DNA of 62,042 nucleotides, taken from the sequence record NZ_CP117297.1; one strand, given 5' to 3'. Positions 49,852 through 59,881 of this stretch are shown in pieces. Within the stretch, counting starts at the first letter, position 1, and every line of letters starts with the position of its first letter. This DNA comes from a plasmid. The notes beneath the pieces are model-generated. The model saw nothing but the letters and a program-made list of their open reading frames with translations, was not told where the DNA came from and made no database searches. The position numbers were made by a program, and so were the translations under genes.

Positions 49852-50103
49852 ATGACTAAAGAAGAAATTTTTGAAACTGTTCAATCAATTGCTGCTGATG
49901 AATTGGACACTGACGCAGACAAAATTAGCATGGACACCAGCATTCAAAACGACCTGAACGCGGACAGTCTGGACGTTTTCGAAATCATGAACGAACTGGA
50001 AGACAAGTTTGATATCGAACTAGATGGCGACAACGCCAAGGCGGAAACAATCAGCGACGTAGTGGACCTGGTTGCCAAGCAACTGGCCGCAAAGGATAAC
50101 TAA
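49852..50103 (+). CDS. acpP: Acyl carrier protein
   Basis: 83 aa. Phosphopantetheine-attachment motif LNADSLDVFEIM. Confidence 0.85.
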   Translation: MTKEEIFETVQSIAADELDTDADKISMDTSIQNDLNADSLDVFEIMNELEDKFDIELDGDNAKAETISDVVDLVAKQLAAKDN

Positions 50104-51032
50104 TGAAAATCGGGATTCTTTTTAGCGGCCAGGGTGCCCAGAAACCGGGGATGGGGCTTGATCTGCTGGTCGATCCCCTCTTTGCCCAGACGGTCGCTGA
50201 AGCAAGTGCCGCCACTGGTTTAGACATCACCACGATCCTTCGCAGTGAACATGGCGAACTCGACCAGACAGCAAACGTACAGCCAGCCCTGGTAACCGTC
50301 AGCTACGGTCTTTACCGAATGCTGCGCCGGGACCTGCCGAAGCTGCCAGTTGCTGGATTGGTTGGCCTTTCGCTCGGTGAATATGCCGCCCTGTTAGCTG
50401 CTAAGGCAGTCTCGGCCGCAGACGGTTTTAAGCTGCTGACTGACCGTGGCCGTTACATGCAGACCGACGCTGATGCCCAAGCTAGTGGGTTAGCCGCTCT
50501 GGTTGACCCCCAGGAAAAGGTGGTTGACCAGGTGTTGGCCACATCAGCAGTACAGGTTGCCAATTACAACTCCCCCCACCAACTAGTAATCGGGGGGCCT
50601 GTTGCTGAACTAAAAACGGCTGTTTCGCAGCTCAAGACGGCCAAGGCAGCAAAGAAAATCGTTATTCTGCGAGTTAGTGGGGCTTTTCATACCCCACTAT
50701 TTAATAATGCACGGCAAAAGATGCATGATCGCCTAGCAACGGTCACTTTTGCCACACCACAGGTTCCTGTCATCAGTAATACGACGGTTTACCCGTTCAC
50801 CGCTGATAACCTTTCCGAAATTTTGGAACGACAGTTAGCCGTCCCGACCCACTTTGGAGAGGATCTGCAATACTTGATCGACCACGAAAAGATCGATCAG
50901 ACGCTCGAAATTGGTCCGGGGAAGGCCCTTTCGCACTTTGCTCGGCAGGTTGATCGCAATCTTCAGCGGGCAAATATTGCTACCATGACGGATTACGAAA
51001 ATTACGTTAAGGAGCATCAGGAATGGATTTAA
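50103..51032 (+). CDS. fabD: Malonyl-CoA:ACP transacylase
   Basis: Nucleophile-elbow motif GLSLGEYAAL. Confidence 0.85.
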   Translation: MKIGILFSGQGAQKPGMGLDLLVDPLFAQTVAEASAATGLDITTILRSEHGELDQTANVQPALVTVSYGLYRMLRRDLPKLPVAGLVGLSLGEYAALLAAKAVSAADGFKLLTDRGRYMQTDADAQASGLAALVDPQEKVVDQVLATSAVQVANYNSPHQLVIGGPVAELKTAVSQLKTAKAAKKIVILRVSGAFHTPLFNNARQKMHDRLATVTFATPQVPVISNTTVYPFTADNLSEILERQLAVPTHFGEDLQYLIDHEKIDQTLEIGPGKALSHFARQVDRNLQRANIATMTDYENYVKEHQEWI

Positions 51033-51754
51033 AAGATAAAGTCGTGCTCGTTACCGGGAGCACACGCGGCATCGGAGCAGCCACAGCCCTAGCCTTTGCA
51101 AAAGCGGGTAGTCGGGTCATTCTGCATGGTCGACACCCCCTTGGCGAAGACATCAAGGACCGGCTGACAGCAGTCAATGCCAGGTACGCCTTTCTTACGG
51201 CTGACCTGGCAAACCCGACAGCCCTCAAGCAGTTTGCCAAGGACGCCTGGGACCAATACGGCCAAATCGATGTCGTAGTTAACAATGCCGGAATTAATAA
51301 TGATAAGTTGCTGGTCAGCATGAATCAAGCCGACTTTGATTCCGTAATCAACGTCAACCTTCGGAGTCCTTTCTTGCTAACTCAGGCCCTACTTAAAAAG
51401 ATGTACAAACAACAGCACGGTTGCATCATCAACCTCGCCAGCGTGGTCGGGCTTCATGGTAATATCGGCCAAGCCAATTACGCCGCTAGCAAAGCAGGGA
51501 TCATCGGCCTGACAAAGACCACCGCGCGGGAAGGGGCGCTTCGCGGAATCCGGTGCAACGCTATCGCTCCGGGAATGATTCAAAGCGACATGACCGCAGC
51601 ACTCTCATCCCGCGCTCAGCAACAGATTCTCAACCAAATTCCCGCCAACCGTTTCGGTACCGTTAATGAGGTCGCTCAAACCGCCGTTTTCCTGGCACAG
51701 AACGATTACATTACGGGTCAGACAATTGTAGTTGATGGCGGAATGACCATTTAG
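51023..51754 (+). CDS. fabG: 3-oxoacyl-ACP reductase
   Basis: SDR family. TGSTRGIG NADP-binding motif and YAASKAG catalytic motif. Confidence 0.85.
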   Translation: MDLKDKVVLVTGSTRGIGAATALAFAKAGSRVILHGRHPLGEDIKDRLTAVNARYAFLTADLANPTALKQFAKDAWDQYGQIDVVVNNAGINNDKLLVSMNQADFDSVINVNLRSPFLLTQALLKKMYKQQHGCIINLASVVGLHGNIGQANYAASKAGIIGLTKTTAREGALRGIRCNAIAPGMIQSDMTAALSSRAQQQILNQIPANRFGTVNEVAQTAVFLAQNDYITGQTIVVDGGMTI

Positions 51755-51764
51755 AGGTGAAAAA

Positions 51765-52997
51765 ATGAATCGGGTAGTAATTACTGGAATGGGCGTAATC
51801 GCCCCCAATGGGAATGGCCTCGACGCTTTTGTTGCCAACACATTAGCAGGTAAGGTCGGAATTAAGAAAATTAGTAAGTTTGATGCCCATGACACCGGAA
51901 TTACGGTGGCTGGGGAGATCGACGATTTCGATCCGCGGGCCGTGGTTGGTAAAAAAGCCGCTCGCCGAATGGACCTTTATTCCCAGTACGCCGTTCAAAC
52001 TGCGGCTGAAGCAGTCGAGATGGCTGGCATCAACGCCAACAACACCAATCCCGAAGAAATGGGGGTCATTTATGGCTCAGGGATTGGTGGTTTAACCACC
52101 ATTCAGGAACAAGTTATCAAGATGCATGACAAGGGTCCCCGGCGGGTATCACCGCTCTTCGTCCCGATGGCCATCTCAAACATGGCTGCCGGTAACATTG
52201 CCATCCGCTTTGATGCTCAGAACATCTGCAGTTCCGTTACCACCGCTTGTGCGACTGGAACGAATGCCATTGGCGAAGCCTACCGGCAAATTCAAGATGG
52301 CCGGGCTACAGTGATGATCGCTGGCGGGGCCGAGGCATCAGTCAACGAAATTGGGATTTCTGGCTTTGCAGCTCTCAGTGCCCTCTCCACGAGCACTGAT
52401 CCCCAAGCCGCCTCCCTGCCTTTCGACCGCGACCGGAACGGTTTTGTACTCGGCGAAGGTGCTGGAACCCTAGTCCTTGAAAGCCTAGAACACGCCCAAC
52501 ATCGCGGCGCCCGTATTCTCGGTGAAGTGGTCGGCTACGGCGCAACTGGGGACGCATATCACATTACTGCACCAGATCCTGAAGGAAAAGGTGCTGCCCG
52601 GGCCATGCAACAGGCCATTGCTGAGGCTGGTATCCAGCCCCAGGCAGTTGACTACATTAACGCGCACGGGACAGCCACCCACGCCAACGACAGCGGTGAG
52701 TCCCTGGCTATCAACAAGGTTTTTGGACCGGATAACCAGGTTCTGGTCAGTTCCACCAAGGGGATGACCGGTCACCTGCTCGGTGCGGCAGGAGCCATTG
52801 AAGCTGTGATTACCGTTGCCGCCTTAAAGCGTGGACAACTGCCCCAAAACGTGGGCTGTTTCCACCAGGATCCCGAATGCAATATTAATTTGGTTAGTGA
52901 GGATAATCAGGCGGCCCCAGAGGCCCAGTATGCCCTAAGTAATTCCTTCGGCTTCGGTGGTCATAACGCCGTCCTCGCTTTTCGGAAATGGGGGTAA
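51765..52997 (+). CDS. fabF: Beta-ketoacyl-ACP synthase II
   Basis: 410-aa KAS. Active-site Cys in TACATG plus the HGTAT and GHLLGAAG motifs. Confidence 0.85.
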   Translation: MNRVVITGMGVIAPNGNGLDAFVANTLAGKVGIKKISKFDAHDTGITVAGEIDDFDPRAVVGKKAARRMDLYSQYAVQTAAEAVEMAGINANNTNPEEMGVIYGSGIGGLTTIQEQVIKMHDKGPRRVSPLFVPMAISNMAAGNIAIRFDAQNICSSVTTACATGTNAIGEAYRQIQDGRATVMIAGGAEASVNEIGISGFAALSALSTSTDPQAASLPFDRDRNGFVLGEGAGTLVLESLEHAQHRGARILGEVVGYGATGDAYHITAPDPEGKGAARAMQQAIAEAGIQPQAVDYINAHGTATHANDSGESLAINKVFGPDNQVLVSSTKGMTGHLLGAAGAIEAVITVAALKRGQLPQNVGCFHQDPECNINLVSEDNQAAPEAQYALSNSFGFGGHNAVLAFRKWG

Positions 52998-53004
52998 CAA
53001 TTAA

Positions 53005-53448
53005 TTGCAATTTGATGAACTGCAAAAATTAATACATGAGTTTGAGCAATCCTCGGCCCGTGAATTAAAGATTGACGATCATGATTTTCATTTATATCTA
53101 AGCAAAAATCAGCAATCGATCCAGCAGCCAACTGCCGGCGCCCCGACAGTCAACAATCAAACTGGATCGACGACTCCCGCAACGGCTGACACAGCTTCTG
53201 ACAACCGTCATCAGATCAAGGCCCCCCTCGTCGGAACGGTCTATCTCCAGGCTAAGCCTAAGCAGCCACCGTACGTCACGGTCGGCCAGCATATCCATAA
53301 AGGAGATATCGTCTGCGTAGTTGAAGCAATGAAAATGATGACCGAAATTAAGAGCGATGTCGACGGGGTCGTCACATCAATCGACGTTGATAACGGCGAA
53401 CTGGTTGAATGTGACCAGTCTCTTTTCACAATAACGGAGGCAAAGTAG
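53005..53448 (+). CDS. accB: Biotin carboxyl carrier protein of acetyl-CoA carboxylase
   Basis: Biotinylation motif EAMKMM near the C-terminus. Confidence 0.85.
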   Translation: MQFDELQKLIHEFEQSSARELKIDDHDFHLYLSKNQQSIQQPTAGAPTVNNQTGSTTPATADTASDNRHQIKAPLVGTVYLQAKPKQPPYVTVGQHIHKGDIVCVVEAMKMMTEIKSDVDGVVTSIDVDNGELVECDQSLFTITEAK

Positions 53449-53449
53449 T

Positions 53450-53884
53450 ATGACAAAAGTTAATTGGGGGTCTGAAAAGATCCAACAAATTATCCCACAC
53501 CGCTACCCAATGCTATTGATTGACCAGGTCGAAGAAGTGGTCCCGGGGGAGATGGCCATTGCCAAGCGTAACATAACTGTTCACGAAGAAGTCTTCAACG
53601 GTCACTTCCCGCACAATCCAGTCCTACCAGGCGCACTGATCGTCGAATCACTGGCCCAGACTGGCGCGGTGGCTTTGCTATCTGCCCCACAATTTAAAGG
53701 AAAGACCGCTTACTTCGGCGGGATCCAGTCTGCCGAATTTCGCCGAGTTGTTCGGCCTGGCGACACGATGAAGCTGTCGGTTCATTTGACCAAGATTCGT
53801 CACAACATTGGAATTGGCAAGGCCGAGGCCACCGTTGATGGTGAACGGGCTTGTTCGGCCGAATTAACATTCTTTATTGGTTAG
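53450..53884 (+). CDS. fabZ: 3-hydroxyacyl-ACP dehydratase FabZ (second copy)
   Basis: HFPHNPVLPGALIVESLAQ hotdog motif. Confidence 0.85.
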   Translation: MTKVNWGSEKIQQIIPHRYPMLLIDQVEEVVPGEMAIAKRNITVHEEVFNGHFPHNPVLPGALIVESLAQTGAVALLSAPQFKGKTAYFGGIQSAEFRRVVRPGDTMKLSVHLTKIRHNIGIGKAEATVDGERACSAELTFFIG

Positions 53885-53898
53885 GATGTGAGACGCAT

Positions 53899-55290
53899 AT
53901 GTTCACAAAAGTCTTAGTTGCTAATCGTGGTGAAATCGCCGTTCGTATTATCCGTTCACTGCATGAACTTGGAATCAAGTCGGTTGCCATCTACTCCACG
54001 GTTGATCGCGAAAGTCTCCACGTCCAGCTTGCGGACGAGGCCGTCTGTGTTGGCGGTCCCCGTCCCCAGGATTCTTATCTCAACATGCAGAATATCCTGG
54101 CGGCCGCGGTTGGTACGGGGGTCCAAGCAATCCATCCCGGCTTTGGCTTTCTTTCGGAAAATAGTCAATTTGCCGAAATGTGCCAGGAGTGTGGCATCAC
54201 CTTCATCGGTCCTCAAGCCCAAACGATCGACCTGATGGGCAATAAGGAACATGCTCGTCAACAGATGAAAAAGATCGGTGTTCCAGTCATCCCAGGCAGT
54301 GATAGCTATATTAATAATGTGAACGAGGCCATCGAGGTTGCCGATCGAATTGGTTATCCAGTTCTAATCAAGGCAGCTGCCGGTGGCGGTGGCAAGGGAA
54401 TCCGCCGAGTTACGGATGCTCAGGAAATGAAGGCGGCCTTTCACGAAGCACAGAGTGAGGCCCGCCTTTCTTTCGATAACGACCAAATGTATATCGAAAA
54501 GATCATGGAAAATGTTAAGCACATCGAGATGCAGATTTTCCGGGACCGGTTTGGCCACAGTGTCTATTTCCCTGAACGGGACTGCTCGCTTCAGATTAAC
54601 AAGCAAAAGGTCCTGGAAGAGAGCCCCTGCAAGCTAATCACTCCCACAGAGCGGAAAGAGCTGGGGCAGATCGCGCTCCGAGCAGTCAATGGGATTGACT
54701 ATCTCAATACTGGGACTCTCGAATTTCTGATGGATCAGGACCATCATTTCTACTTCATGGAGATGAATACCCGGATTCAAGTTGAGCACACAGTCACCGA
54801 GATGGTCACTGGTATCGATATCGTCAAGGCTCAAGTCAGGGTAGCGGCTGGTGCTCCCCTCCCCTTTGACCAATCAGATATCCAATTGCAGGGCGCGGCA
54901 ATCGAGTGTCGGATCAACGCTGAGGATGCGGAACACGGTTTTATTCCTTCGACCGGCCAGGTTAAGTACCTTTATCTGCCCGTCGGCAACCTTGGGATGC
55001 GGATCGATACCGCCCTTTACCAGGGCGCAACCGTCACCCCCTTCTATGATTCCATGATTGCAAAGGTCATCGCCCTCGGCCATAACCGGGAAGAAGCAAT
55101 CGAAAAGATTAAGCGGTTATTGAACGAAATGGTCATTGTCGGAATCAATACCAATCAGACCTTTCAACAGGCCCTGCTCACCGATCCGAATTTTATTAGC
55201 GGCCAGTTTTCAACTGCTTATCTTGAAAAACAGTTCCTACCTCTTTGGAAAGAAAGGATAAGTCAAGATGAACCTGTACGATCAAAATAA
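53899..55290 (+). CDS. accC: Biotin carboxylase subunit of acetyl-CoA carboxylase
   Basis: Starts MFTKVLVANRGEIAVR; ATP-grasp and biotin carboxylase motifs throughout. The ORF-track start at 53851 is probably too far upstream, since it overlaps fabZ. Confidence 0.85.
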   Translation: MFTKVLVANRGEIAVRIIRSLHELGIKSVAIYSTVDRESLHVQLADEAVCVGGPRPQDSYLNMQNILAAAVGTGVQAIHPGFGFLSENSQFAEMCQECGITFIGPQAQTIDLMGNKEHARQQMKKIGVPVIPGSDSYINNVNEAIEVADRIGYPVLIKAAAGGGGKGIRRVTDAQEMKAAFHEAQSEARLSFDNDQMYIEKIMENVKHIEMQIFRDRFGHSVYFPERDCSLQINKQKVLEESPCKLITPTERKELGQIALRAVNGIDYLNTGTLEFLMDQDHHFYFMEMNTRIQVEHTVTEMVTGIDIVKAQVRVAAGAPLPFDQSDIQLQGAAIECRINAEDAEHGFIPSTGQVKYLYLPVGNLGMRIDTALYQGATVTPFYDSMIAKVIALGHNREEAIEKIKRLLNEMVIVGINTNQTFQQALLTDPNFISGQFSTAYLEKQFLPLWKERISQDEPVRSK

Positions 55291-56104
55291 TACGCTCAGT
55301 ACCCACCACATAAAGGCCGACCAGCAGGCAGATGCTAAGGTGCCAGATGGACTTTGGCGAAAGTGCCCAAAGTGCGGAACAGCAATCATCACTAAGCACC
55401 TTGACCAGTACAACACTTGTCCTCATTGCCACTTTGGCTTTCGAATTGGTGCCCGGCAACGGCTTGCTTGGTTAGTCGACGACTTTACCGAAACTGATCA
55501 GGACCTGTTGAGCCAGGATCCGCTGAACTTCCCCGACTACCAGCAAAAGCTTGCGACCTGTCGGCAGAAAACGACATTAAATGACTCTGTACTTACCGGA
55601 ACTGCCCAGATTGGCGACCAGCACTTTGGACTAGGAATTATGGATCCCTACTTCATCATGGGGTCCCTCGGAACAGTTACTGGGGAAAAGATCACCCGCC
55701 TATTTGAACGGGCTACCCAAGATCGGCTCCCTGTCATATTGTTTACGGCTTCTGGCGGTGCTCGAATGCAGGAAGGCATCTTGTCCTTAATGCAAATGGC
55801 CAAGATCAGTACGGCCATCAAGGAACATTCTACGGCAGGGCTGCTTTACATTACCGTCTTGACCGATCCCACCACCGGTGGGGTCACGGCCAGCTTTGCC
55901 ATGCAAGGAGATATCATCCTGGCCGAACCTCACTCCTTAGTCGGCTTTGCGGGGCGCCGGGTGATTGAACAAACCATGCATCAGCGGATACCCAAGGACC
56001 TGCAGGATGCAGAAACGCTGCTGAAAAATGGTTTCATTGATCGGATCGTGGAACGGCAGGAAGAGAAATCAGCCCTGCAATGGTTATTAAAGTATGGAGG
56101 GTAG
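55268..56104 (+). CDS. accD: Acetyl-CoA carboxylase carboxyltransferase beta subunit
   Basis: N-terminal C4 zinc finger CPKCGTAI..CPHCHFG and a carboxyltransferase domain. Confidence 0.85.
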   Translation: MNLYDQNNTLSTHHIKADQQADAKVPDGLWRKCPKCGTAIITKHLDQYNTCPHCHFGFRIGARQRLAWLVDDFTETDQDLLSQDPLNFPDYQQKLATCRQKTTLNDSVLTGTAQIGDQHFGLGIMDPYFIMGSLGTVTGEKITRLFERATQDRLPVILFTASGGARMQEGILSLMQMAKISTAIKEHSTAGLLYITVLTDPTTGGVTASFAMQGDIILAEPHSLVGFAGRRVIEQTMHQRIPKDLQDAETLLKNGFIDRIVERQEEKSALQWLLKYGG

Positions 56105-56879
56105 CAAAGTGAAAAGACAAGCTGGACAAGTTGTGGCAGCGGCCCGTGATCTGCATAAGGTCACAGGACCCGAGATTATCCACTCATTGATCAACCACTT
56201 TACGGAGCTGCATGGTGACCGCCTCGGTGAAGACGATCCCGCCATCATCGGCGGCATAGGCCTATTTCATGATCTGCCTGTGACCGTGATCACGACTGAC
56301 CGGGGACAATCAGCTGCCGAGCGGATTGCCAAACATTTCGGCTGCCCCACTCCGGCAGGCTATCGCAAGTCTTTACGGCTGATCAAACAGGCGGCCAAGT
56401 TCCACCGCCCCGTCATCTGCCTCGTTAATACTCCCGGCGCCTATCCGGGACAATCAGCAGAGGAACATGGTCAGGGGGCGGCAATCGCACAAAACCTGTT
56501 GGAAATCAGTCAGGTCCCGACTCCAATCATCACGATTATTCTTGGTGAAGGAGGTAGCGGAGGAGCTCTTGCCCTGGCCTGCGGTGACCAGATCTGGATG
56601 TTGGAAAATAGTACCTATTCCATCCTCTCGCCGGAGGGCTTTGCTTCAATCCTCTGGAAGGACAGCAGTCGTGCCGATGAGGCTGCCGCAATTATGCAGC
56701 TGATTCCCGAAGACCTGCTCCGCAAGAAGGTCATTGATGGCATCATTGAAGAACCCACCGACCATGCCGCGGTGCTTAGCAACATTGACAAGATTCTCCA
56801 ATATGAAATTTTCCACCTGCAAAAATTAAGCACCACTGACTTATTACGGCAGCGACATGATCGTTATCGACAATTTTAA
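56094..56879 (+). CDS. accA: Acetyl-CoA carboxylase carboxyltransferase alpha subunit
   Basis: Conserved position after accD. GGSGGALALACGDQIWMLENS is a carboxyltransferase alpha motif. Confidence 0.8.
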   Translation: MEGSKVKRQAGQVVAAARDLHKVTGPEIIHSLINHFTELHGDRLGEDDPAIIGGIGLFHDLPVTVITTDRGQSAAERIAKHFGCPTPAGYRKSLRLIKQAAKFHRPVICLVNTPGAYPGQSAEEHGQGAAIAQNLLEISQVPTPIITIILGEGGSGGALALACGDQIWMLENSTYSILSPEGFASILWKDSSRADEAAAIMQLIPEDLLRKKVIDGIIEEPTDHAAVLSNIDKILQYEIFHLQKLSTTDLLRQRHDRYRQF

Positions 56880-57661
56880 TGGAGGTTAGTTTTAAATTGG
56901 CAGGAATTTTAACAGACAAAAAGATTATTGTAATGGGTGTGGCAAATAAACACTCCATTGCCTGGGGATGTGCCCAAGCAATGGCGGCCCAGGGAGCAAC
57001 AATTATCTACACTTACCAAAACGAGCGGCTCAAGCGTAGCGTTAGCCGTCTCGTCAAGGCAACGGACAACCTGGTCGAGTGTGATGTTGCCGACGATAAC
57101 AGTATCCAGGACGCATTTTCAACCATCAAGCAACGGTTCGGCACCGTTGATGGAATTGTTCACGCCGTTGCTTATGCCAAGAAGGATGAGCTGGGCGGTT
57201 CTATTCTTGACGCCAGTCGGGACGGCTATGCCCTGGCTCAGGACATTTCATCATATTCACTGATCGCCGTGGCAAAGGCAGCCAGTCAGTTTAAGCTGCT
57301 GACGAATCCCGCTAGTATCGTGACCCTAACCTACTTTGGATCAGAACGGGCCATTCCAAACTATAACGTGATGGGGATTGCCAAGGCCGCCCTAGAAGCC
57401 AGTGTTCGTTACCTAGCCCGTGATCTGGGGACGGCCGGTGTACGCGTCAATGCCATTTCGGCGGGGGCCATCAAGACCCTGGCCGTCACGGGAATTAAGG
57501 GTCACGGTGAGCTGTTGAAGATGTCAGAGGACCGGACAGCCGATGGTAATAGTGTAACCTTGGAGCAGATCGGTAACACCTGTGCATTCTTAATGAGCGA
57601 CCTATCAACCGGTGTCGTCGGTGACGTCATTTATGTTGATAAGGGAGTGCACCTTATTTGA
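56879..57661 (+). CDS. fabI: Enoyl-ACP reductase (NADH), FabI-type
   Basis: SDR fold starting KKIIVMGVANKHSIAWG, with Tyr/Lys catalytic pattern. The true start may be TTG at 56897, after the GGAGG RBS. Confidence 0.75.
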   Translation: MEVSFKLAGILTDKKIIVMGVANKHSIAWGCAQAMAAQGATIIYTYQNERLKRSVSRLVKATDNLVECDVADDNSIQDAFSTIKQRFGTVDGIVHAVAYAKKDELGGSILDASRDGYALAQDISSYSLIAVAKAASQFKLLTNPASIVTLTYFGSERAIPNYNVMGIAKAALEASVRYLARDLGTAGVRVNAISAGAIKTLAVTGIKGHGELLKMSEDRTADGNSVTLEQIGNTCAFLMSDLSTGVVGDVIYVDKGVHLI

Positions 57662-58458
57662 TGAATATACCTAAAAGCAAGGACTTATCAACACGCGCGA
57701 TAAGTCTTTTTTGTTCACGTTTTAACGGTCAGGTGGTCGTGAAAGCAACTACCCCCTCAACCCAATTACTAGCCCGTCACTACGTCAAAAACCAACGGCC
57801 AAATAAATCAATCGCCTTCTTTGCTGACCAGCAGACCGCGGCCTACGGCAAGGGAGGCCGGCCTTTTTACGCCCCCAAGAACACTGGGCTCTACTTCAGT
57901 CTGGTCCTACCACCACGACTTAGCCCACAACTGGCTAACATCGGCCTTTTTACTACCGGCGTTGCCGTAGCAATCCGCCGGGCCCTCCATACCTTCTATC
58001 CGTACCATGACTTTCGGCTAAAGTGGGTCAATGACCTATACATCGAACAGCAAAAGGTTGCTGGAATCTTGAACGAACTAATTTTTTGCCCAGCACTTGA
58101 TCAGTCCTGCTGTGTGCTCGGCATTGGCATTAACCTGACCACCACAACCTTTCCTACCAAGTTACAATCCGTAGCCCGGGCCATCGATCCCAACAGGTTG
58201 GTTGATCGCAACCGGCTGGCGGCCGCCCTTCTCGACCAGCTCACTTACACCATTTTTCACTATCAGGATGGACAATTATTGACGGATTACCGTGCGCATT
58301 CCCTATTGATTGGTCACTGTGTCCGGGTAGTCATGAACCACACTGTCATTCTCGGCACAGTCATAACTATTGATGACCACGCTAAGCTAGTGATCGAAGA
58401 CGACCAGCACCGGTTTCACCATCTAGCAAGCGGGGATGTCACCAAGATAATTTTTTAA
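57658..58458 (+). CDS. birA: Biotin--[acetyl-CoA-carboxylase] ligase (group I, no DNA-binding domain)
   Basis: QTAAYGKGGRPFYAPKNTGLYFS matches the BPL motif QTAGRGRRGRxWxSP. KWVNDLY is also present. Confidence 0.65.
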   Translation: MMNIPKSKDLSTRAISLFCSRFNGQVVVKATTPSTQLLARHYVKNQRPNKSIAFFADQQTAAYGKGGRPFYAPKNTGLYFSLVLPPRLSPQLANIGLFTTGVAVAIRRALHTFYPYHDFRLKWVNDLYIEQQKVAGILNELIFCPALDQSCCVLGIGINLTTTTFPTKLQSVARAIDPNRLVDRNRLAAALLDQLTYTIFHYQDGQLLTDYRAHSLLIGHCVRVVMNHTVILGTVITIDDHAKLVIEDDQHRFHHLASGDVTKIIF

Positions 58459-58483
58459 GCAGAAACATGGAGTAACACACAAA

Positions 58484-58514
58484 AGGGCCTCCAGCGTTCA
58501 AACGCTGGAGGCCC
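58484..58514. terminator. Intrinsic terminator (mainly minus-strand)
   Basis: gggcctccagcgtt / aacgctggaggccc hairpin with ttttgtgtg on the minus strand. Confidence 0.55.
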
Positions 58515-58627
58515 CTTCATGCTTACGGGGATTCGAAAACGAACTAGTAAACTAGTTCTGTCTCGCCTTCCCTACTGTTGCTTAAAAAGCAAGCACTTAT
58601 GTATGGATGTTTTAGTAAATATATTTT

Positions 58628-58891
58628 TTAGTGTAAGACGGTAAAGAACGTGATGAACCCGAAAAAGATCCCAGGGAAATTAGCCACAAATACAGCCCAA
58701 TCCCGTTCGCTCTTAAACCAGGCATAGATTGACCAGAGGGTACAATTCAGGCCTGCAACAAACGGTTGTAGTGGTGCACAATAGGCGCCATGAAGGTTGT
58801 TGATGATCTGTGGAATATACGAAACATACATGCAGACAGCAATGACACTCGCAATTACGCTCAAAACCCGGATAAATTTAGTTTCCTTCAT
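58628..58891 (-). CDS. SemiSWEET / PQ-loop family small sugar transporter-like membrane protein
   Basis: 87 aa with three predicted TM helices. PQ motif in helix 1 (YIPQIINNL). Confidence 0.45.
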   Translation of the reverse strand: MKETKFIRVLSVIASVIAVCMYVSYIPQIINNLHGAYCAPLQPFVAGLNCTLWSIYAWFKSERDWAVFVANFPGIFFGFITFFTVLH

Positions 58892-58914
58892 GAATTGTTC
58901 CCTCTCTTTCTAAA

Positions 58915-59142
58915 TCAATTGGTTGCAGCCTTCAAGGCCAATGCAAAGTCCCCGATTGTGGCAGAACCATTGTGCTGGGCCAGTGGCATCATAATGTATT
59001 CATCGACGTTGCCCACATCGACATAGTTGTTCAGTAATTTTTTGAATTCGCGCCGAACCTTCTTCAGAAAGTCTTCACTGACGACGCCACCACCAAAGAC
59101 GATCTGATCAGGTCGGAACATCAAGGTGGTGTCAAGGGCCAC
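58915..59142 (-). pseudogene. C-terminal fragment of a ROK-family sugar kinase/regulator
   Basis: ..QIVFGGGVVSEDFLKKVRREFKK.. resembles the ROK C-terminus. Its upstream part is replaced by an IS30 remnant. Confidence 0.45.
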
Positions 59143-59159
59143 TTGTTGGCTGCTGCCTC

Positions 59160-59458
59160 TTATGGCAATTCCGCCGCCTTTTGATGATAGTCATTTTCTG
59201 CTTTACTTGGGGAATAATTACCTACACAACGTTTTAATTCTCGTGAAATAGTACTTGGATTTCGCCCCAGCCGTAACGCAACAGCCCGGATAGATAACCC
59301 CTTAGCTCGTAAAAACATAAGCATTTCACGTTCTTTTATAGTAAGATGTTTATAGCTCATACCGGATACCTCGAATTGTTTGATTTGGTCGTTAAACATA
59401 TTCTACCCGGTATGGGTTTATTTTTTACTTTGTGTTGCATTTCAATTGTAAATTCGCC
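59160..59458 (-). mobile_element. IS30-family left-end remnant C (transposase N-terminal 79 aa)
   Basis: MSYKHLTIKEREMLMFLRAKGLSIRAVALRLGRNPSTISRELKR is the IS30-type HTH. The end ..caattgtaaattcgcc is at 59458. Same orientation as remnant B. Confidence 0.65.
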
Positions 59459-59581
59459 CCATAAAAAAAGCACCTCACAATTGTTAGAACCTTTGTCTAA
59501 CCATTACGAGGCACTAGCAGTAGAAACAACGTACATAATATAGTACAATATAATGCAAGAGAAAAGAAAGGAGTCCTTATT

Positions 59582-59881
59582 ATGCCAATTGCTACTACTC
59601 AAAGTGATTTCCGTAATCATATTAAAGACTACTTAGATAAAGTCAATGATGAAAACCAAACAGTACTAATTGCACGTTCTAATCAACGAGCAGCAGCTGT
59701 TATCTCACAAGAACAACTCAATACCCTTCTTGAAGCTGTTAATGCTAAAGAAGATTCACTAGATTATGCTATTGCCAGAGATAAGTTAATCGAAATGCAT
59801 ATCTTACCTGATGATCCTATCGTTGAACCAACTGACGATTATTGGAACAGTTTTAAGCCAAAGGATAACAGTAACCAATGA
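59582..59881 (+). CDS. yefM: Phd/YefM-family antitoxin
   Basis: 99 aa. The N-terminus (SDFRNHIKDYLDKVNDENQTVLIARSNQRAAAVISQEQLNTLLE) matches the YefM pattern. 4-bp overlap with the downstream toxin. Confidence 0.65.
   Translation: MPIATTQSDFRNHIKDYLDKVNDENQTVLIARSNQRAAAVISQEQLNTLLEAVNAKEDSLDYAIARDKLIEMHILPDDPIVEPTDDYWNSFKPKDNSNQ

Noticed and set aside
51007-55459. Many antisense or overlapping ORFs inside fabD, fabG, fabF, accB, fabZ and accC
   Set aside because: GC-rich coding sequence yields long spurious frames. The sense-strand genes have clear conserved motifs.
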